Shown here: piece by piece, positions 52,034 to 64,000 of the stretch
Numbering within the stretch: position 1 is the first letter of the stretch
Layout: each line of letters starts with the position of its first letter
Assembly (NCBI RefSeq): GCF_009914755.1
Contig: NC_060931.1
DNA from: the human T2T-CHM13v2.0 reference genome, Homo sapiens
Strand: one strand, 5' to 3'
Length of the DNA: 64,000 bases
Translations under genes and position numbers: made by a program
Notes under the pieces: generated by a model
The model's input: the letters and a program-made list of their open reading frames with translations, nothing else
Database searches by the model: none
Told to the model about the DNA's origin: nothing

Positions 52034-52390
52034 TGTTACCGGTGGAGGGCGTCCAGGCTCTTGGCGTCTTGAACAAAGAATTGGACAAAACGCACAAACA
52101 AAGCAAGGAAGGAATGAAGAGATTTATTGAAAATGAAAGTACACTCCACAGTGTGGGAGCGGGCCCGAGCCTAGGGGCTCAAGGGCCCTGGTACAGAAGT
52201 TTGGGGAGTTTAAATACCCTCTGGAGGATTCTGTTGGTTACATTAGGTATGTAGTATGTAAATAGAGGATGAAGTAAAGTTACAAAGTTATTTATTTGGT
52301 GTACTCCCTATGGAGAGGATATTTCCTGTCATAGCTGAAGTGTGAATCCGCCTTACATTCCCTGCCTCCAGACCCTATTTTCCTGCCTCA
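52034..52390 (-). mobile_element. MER51-like ERV1 solo LTR
   Basis: tgttaccggtggagggcgtccagg...ccctgcctccagaccctattttcctgcctca (TG...CA termini). Confidence 0.85.
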
Positions 52391-53639
52391 GTGCTAGCAG
52401 TTTACACTTGGCTAATTGGTATTTCTTTATCATGGGTAATTGTAAATTTCAATTCCCCTTACCTGGATTATTAGATTCAGACAAATGTGTTTGTAGCTTA
52501 AAGGCTTAGGAAGCATGAGCCTTCAATTTCTCTGTAACAGAATGCATTATTTACAATAAAAATGTAGAGGAGCTCATAATCCTGGTTTCAGCTTTAAAAC
52601 AGAAAAAGGTCTAAAATCATTAAGAATCCTAATTTGGCAAATGAAAGTGGATGAATGCCATGGTTTTAGATTTGGGAGGCTGAGAGTTTAGTTGAGAAAC
52701 TCTCCAGGCTTTCATGATGCAAATCTCCCTGTTGGAGTAAAAAGATAAAGAAAATTCTAAGTCGTGGTATTAACACTTGTATAACCAGTTACGATGTAGG
52801 TGTATGCATCTGTTTTGTAACGATTGTGTTGTTCAGACTTATTCCTAAAGGGCTTTAAAACAGTTACAAGAATCTGACATATTGGACATGTAAAAAATTT
52901 AAGCTACTATCCATGTTTTAAATGTCTGGGAAACTCTCATTTTTTAATATCCATTTATTTTTTATTTACTGCTAAGTAAATACATATGTAGATAAATTTA
53001 AAATGTTTACAGCATAACGCATTGGACCGTGCAGGATACTAACATGGATATTAGATAAAGTGCTAATAATGAAGTGTGTTCCTCAGATAGAAACATCTCG
53101 CCCTCCCCTGGTAACTGCATATTCTGCTTTCAAAGTTCTCTCTGATTACAAAAATCTTTCAAATTCTTTTGATCTAAGAAAAAGAGGAAACCCCATAGAG
53201 GGGGAACAAGCCCAGTGCCAGGGTGATCAATTTTGCCTCATTTTTATATAATCCTTTTTGTGGTCATATTTCTCTCCCACCTTAAATCCATTATTCTTCT
53301 CCCCATCCCCTCAGATGGCCATTTCTTCAGTATGGTTGGAACACTCCCTAGAATAGCAGAATGGAGAGTGTCCAAAACAACTTTTACTATTTGTGCTAGA
53401 CCTTCACCAAACAGTAATATGAATTTACTCTTAATAAATTTGTTGCCTCTTTATATTATCTCTCTTTATAAAAGTTAAAACAACAAAATAACAAAACCAA
53501 AAACCCAAACATTCTAGGTAGGAAAAAAAAAGAGATGAGAAATTAAGTTCTATTTTGAACTCAGAAAGGTCCTGTGTTCTCAAAGTGAGATAAAATTTGG
53601 ATGAAAGAGGACATGTGGACTTCCACATTAGTAATAATA

Positions 53640-53800
53640 ATGAAAATTATGATGAATGTGTTTGGATGTTTGCTCTGTGCAAGCTGTATTTTGGATCTTA
53701 GTCTAGCCAGGTGGGGACCATTATGGTTCACATTTTGCAGATTGGGAAACAAACTTACAGAGGAGATTTGTGGTTGCTCATACTTACCCAGACATAGACC
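53640..53800 (-). mobile_element. MIR fragment
   Basis: cacattttgcagattgggaaacaaacttacagagg. Confidence 0.65.
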
Positions 53801-53827
53801 CACTGGTCAGGTATACAGAAAGTAATC

Positions 53828-60520
<6,693 letters not shown>

Positions 60521-61594
60521 AGAAAGTAATTTCTTATTTAAACTTCTGTTTGCTCTCTGAACCTGGCAATTCAGTATAATATATGGGCTAAATGCGAGAA
60601 GGAAAATGTTAAATAGAAATTTCATTATCAGGTGGCTCCATAGCTCACACAGACACTAAATTATTTTAATATAATGGCATAAATAAAATGTCACTAAAGA
60701 GTTAAATGAGTTTTTCGATTCAGGCTCAATTTTATTTAGGAAATAATGGCCTTTGTAACCTGGGGCAAAAACATCTGGCATTCTGCTAAGAACTTGTCAT
60801 AGTTTCAAGTATTAGGGGAAAACTATGGTTAGGCTAATGTAGGGCATTGGCTTGTGGCCACAGTTCATGTGTCTTCTGAACAGAGAAAGTGGTGGAGGGG
60901 GGCTGAATTGTTCTTCCTGTCCTTGAGTGTAAGTAGGGTGTGAGGTAAACGGATGGTATTAAAGAAAAAGTACATATTATTAAAATGTGTGAGAATCTGG
61001 ACCTCAGACAGCAGGAGCTGGGAGAGACCTTGCCAAGCCGCAAGGAGCACTTACAGAGACCAGAGAAGCAAGACCAACTCTGGCAAAATAGAAGGTGGGC
61101 CTGAGAACAGCAGGAGGAGGAGGATGCTGGCTCACGGGGAAATGTCTAGGGATTGGCTAAGCTCTACCCCTGGACAGGCTGGGGGTGAGGCAGTGTGTTT
61201 GAAGAGACCGCCTCTTCCTGAGGTGGACAGTTGGAAGGCCTGGGCCACAGTGATACTAATGGCCCCAGGTAGAGGTGTCTCACCTACCTCAGTGCAGGTA
61301 CTAACTGTACATGCAACATGGAAACTTCCAGTATTATCAGCCCCAGAAAAAGAGTTTATTTCAGTAGTAAAGTCCACAGGAATCGTAGAGACAAGGGGTG
61401 TCCCCAGCAAATCCTAGACAACCAAAAAATATGTTACAGGTCCCAGGGAGAAGCCTGCATGCCTAGTGGGCCTCTGTATTTTCACAGATAATAAAGTCTT
61501 AGCCTGGGCGACAGAGGTGACACTCAGTGTCAAGGAAGGAAGGAAGGAAAAGCCTCCAGCTCTCCCTATTCCAGCCCTTCATCTGCAAAGCAAC

Positions 61595-61920
61595 TGCTGT
61601 TATTATTCATTTGTTCATTTATATAAAAGTACTTACTGAGCACCTATGATGTGCTGGGCACTGTTTGGGTTGCTGGGAATACAGTGGTGAGCAAGACATG
61701 TCAAGTCTCTGCCTCATGGTACTGGCACTTTAGTGGACAAGGCAGACAATAAACACAAATCCATAAAGTAAAATGAGGCAGTGGTGAGCTGTGAATGAAA
61801 TGCAGCATGAAAGAAGAAAGTGGTGGGAGGGAGTGCTGTTCTGGGCTCTGACCTGACGTGAGGGAGTGAGACTATGACTATCTGGGGGAGAGAGGGCAGC
61901 CAGGGCAAAAGCCAGGGCCA
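61595..61920 (-). mobile_element. L2 3' fragment
   Basis: attcatttgttcattt...ttactgagcacctatgatgtgctgggcactg...gggaatacagtggtgagcaagaca. Confidence 0.85.
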
Positions 61921-61934
61921 GAATTTCTTCGGAC

Positions 61935-62262
61935 ATGTATGATCTTGGTTTTATGTGTCTTTCAAAGTGTTATTGTTTAAAAAATGAAAAAAATGAAGCA
62001 CATCTGCTGAAGAGCTGTCCGTTTTCATTACTGACTCTGTAAAATACACTGTTCTTTGTGTACTGTGTGTTATTTTGCCAGCTGCTGCATTAGCCTTCAA
62101 AAGTATTTGGAAACTTAAGATGAACTACAATTTTTTGCAAAGTACATTCCTTTCTGTGGTATTTTTTCCTGCAATGGAAGCATAGTAATTATTTTATGGA
62201 AATGTTAGCAATTCTATACCAACTTTGAATAAAATGAAAAATTTATTAAAATTAAAAAAAAA
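61935..62262 (+). pseudogene. Processed retrocopy fragment of an mRNA 3'UTR end (parent unconfirmed)
   Basis: AU-rich non-repeat sequence ending in AATAAA (62228-62233), followed about 15 nt later by an A-rich tail. Confidence 0.75.
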
Positions 62263-62264
62263 AT

Positions 62265-62422
62265 AAAGTCCTATTCCTAGCTTTTGTCAGTTTCCATGGT
62301 GTCAATACTCCCACTGTGGCAGATTTCAAACTATCCATGTGAAGCCACTAAATATGGAGTGGGGAGGAGAGGCACAGAATCCACTCTCAAGGCCAGTGTA
62401 AGCCAGCAGCAGCAAGCCACTG
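62265..62422. mobile_element. MER63A-like hAT-Blackjack element
   Basis: tttccatggtgtcaatactcccactgtggcagatttcaaact...agccagcagcagcaagccactg terminus. Confidence 0.75.
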
Positions 62423-63047
62423 GTCTGCCCTGCAGGTAGAGGTCTTCTTGTTGGTCCCTATCTATAAAGTAGAGACAGTTGTAGAAAGGCGACTTTGTGT
62501 TCCTCTCCTATACTGATTATACATGTACTACGGAACCCAAAATCAGAGCTTTAGAAATTTGGATGGTCACACAAAACTTTTTATAAATGTTGCTAAATTA
62601 TTTGGTTGTTTTATGCTAATAAAACCCTCTGGGCAGGGATTCAAATGTGTCTGAAAATTACTTGTAAAGCTGTTAAGAGGATAACAAAGTGTCATTTAAA
62701 TATAATTTTCCTACTAAAACGTGTTAATTAAAATATGCTAATATATTTTATGAGTTGTTCTTGTGGGATATAAACAATATTTTAAAGCTGTTTAGCTACA
62801 TAAATTGTTCCAATGCCATTTCTGGATCAAAAGTTCTAAAAGTCTCTGATAATTATGGTTATTAATTTGGTCATAGTTGCTGACATCACTAGGGTTAATA
62901 CAACATTGAAACAGTACATATTTATTTAAAGACCTTTTAAAAATTGGAGTTCAACGTTAAAGCTGCCTATCATAAAAGAGAAATGATGCATGTACCTGTT
63001 CCCAAAAAAGTAGAGTTAAATGAGAGTCAAAGCCTCTAAGTCCTATT

Positions 63048-63531
63048 TGTCAGTAATCCTTGTTACTCTCTAGTACTCCACCCCTCCCAGTTAGTCTCAT
63101 TCTTCTCTGCTTGGCTCCATACCCTGGGGGTTAGACCCGTGTGGGTTATATCACCCGGGCTCCCTTGCCATTAGCTCCTGGTTGAGTTTGGCAGGTGGAA
63201 GGCAGGAGATTGGAGGTCAGGAGAGATAAGTCACAATATACCTAACATCCTAGCTTCATGCTTTGGAGTTCTGTCTTGGGCAGTAACTGGATCCCTCCAT
63301 GAAGACAACTCCCACTGGGCCACCTTCTTTGCCGGTGACACTATTTTCTTCCCTTGTCGCTTCCATCCAAGGATGCTGGTGACTCCGCGCTGTCGCCGGT
63401 CTCTGGGTCCCTGTGTCTACTTTGTTTGCTTCCTTCATCTTTCCCACACCTCTAAAATCTTCCCTTCACTAAGGTCTCTTTATTTGAATCATCTGGAGTG
63501 AATTCTTTCTACTGGGTCCTTCCCTGATACC
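63048..63531 (+). mobile_element. LTR33-like ERVL solo LTR
   Basis: gggctcccttgcc...ctcctggttgagtttggc...caggagattggagg...ccctgatac. Confidence 0.7.
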
Positions 63532-64000
63532 TTCATAATTGTATATTTCATTTGTATTCTTTATTAACCATAATTAAATTCTAAGACAGTAGTTGCTCCA
63601 TGTGTTTGTATTTTCTACCATCCCCTGTTGGGGAGATACATTTAAAGCTTTATATGGCATGGGTACCAGCCAGTCATATGAGATGCTGGCTTGTGAGTTG
63701 TTCTAGTGCATTGTGGGTGACTGTTCTTTTTGATACAATAAAGCCTAATTCCAAGATACTGGGATTGGAAGAAAAGAAATAAATAACGGATGCGGTCTAA
63801 AAATAAAATGCATTAGCTGCTTCTGCAGCCAAGACATTGGCCTTCAGTCCTTTATTTTTTCTATTTCCTCTGTTTGAAATGTTTTTTAGTTGAAAATGAC
63901 TTTCCAACTTTTTTCTTTTTAAGTATGGCAGATTCACAATAGCAGGCCTCAGATTCAGAACAAAAAATCACAGTGCAGTGGTACCAAACTTGAGTGTGCA

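Noticed and set aside
60953-61417. 154-aa plus-strand ORF
   Set aside because: No recognisable domain or flanking gene structure; not called as a CDS.
63976-64000. Possible MER5-like terminus cagtggtaccaaacttgagtgtgca
   Set aside because: Truncated by the window edge; too short to support.

Overview
Primate (human-like) genomic DNA. Roughly 75-80% by eye is interspersed repeat: about 20 Alus, many L1s (one full-length L1PA with TSDs, two tandem 5'-truncated L1PAs, an L1PB and old L1M fragments, nearly all on the minus strand beyond ~13 kb), MaLR/ERV solo LTRs, MIR, L2 and MER DNA transposons. No intact protein-coding gene is evident, and most ORFs in the track derive from Alu or L1. The main non-repeat signal is a minus-strand, intron-containing, heavily decayed gene at ~6.9-11.4 kb. 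Its fragments line up collinearly with a TRIM36/TRIM46-like class C-I TRIM (RING?, B-box1, B-box2, coiled coil, COS, FN3), making it a candidate ancient unitary pseudogene or lost paralog. Also found: a tailless 5'-half tRNA-Thr(AGT) retrocopy whose target site was reused by an Alu; a 5S rRNA fragment inside a MER2; a composite Alu/L2/mRNA-3'UTR retro-insertion that appears to split a MER63; gene-conversion tracts between adjacent L1s; a twin-primed L1; and several templated-insertion scars. Repeat boundaries and subfamilies are by-eye estimates, and all protein and RNA comparisons use remembered reference sequences, not database searches.
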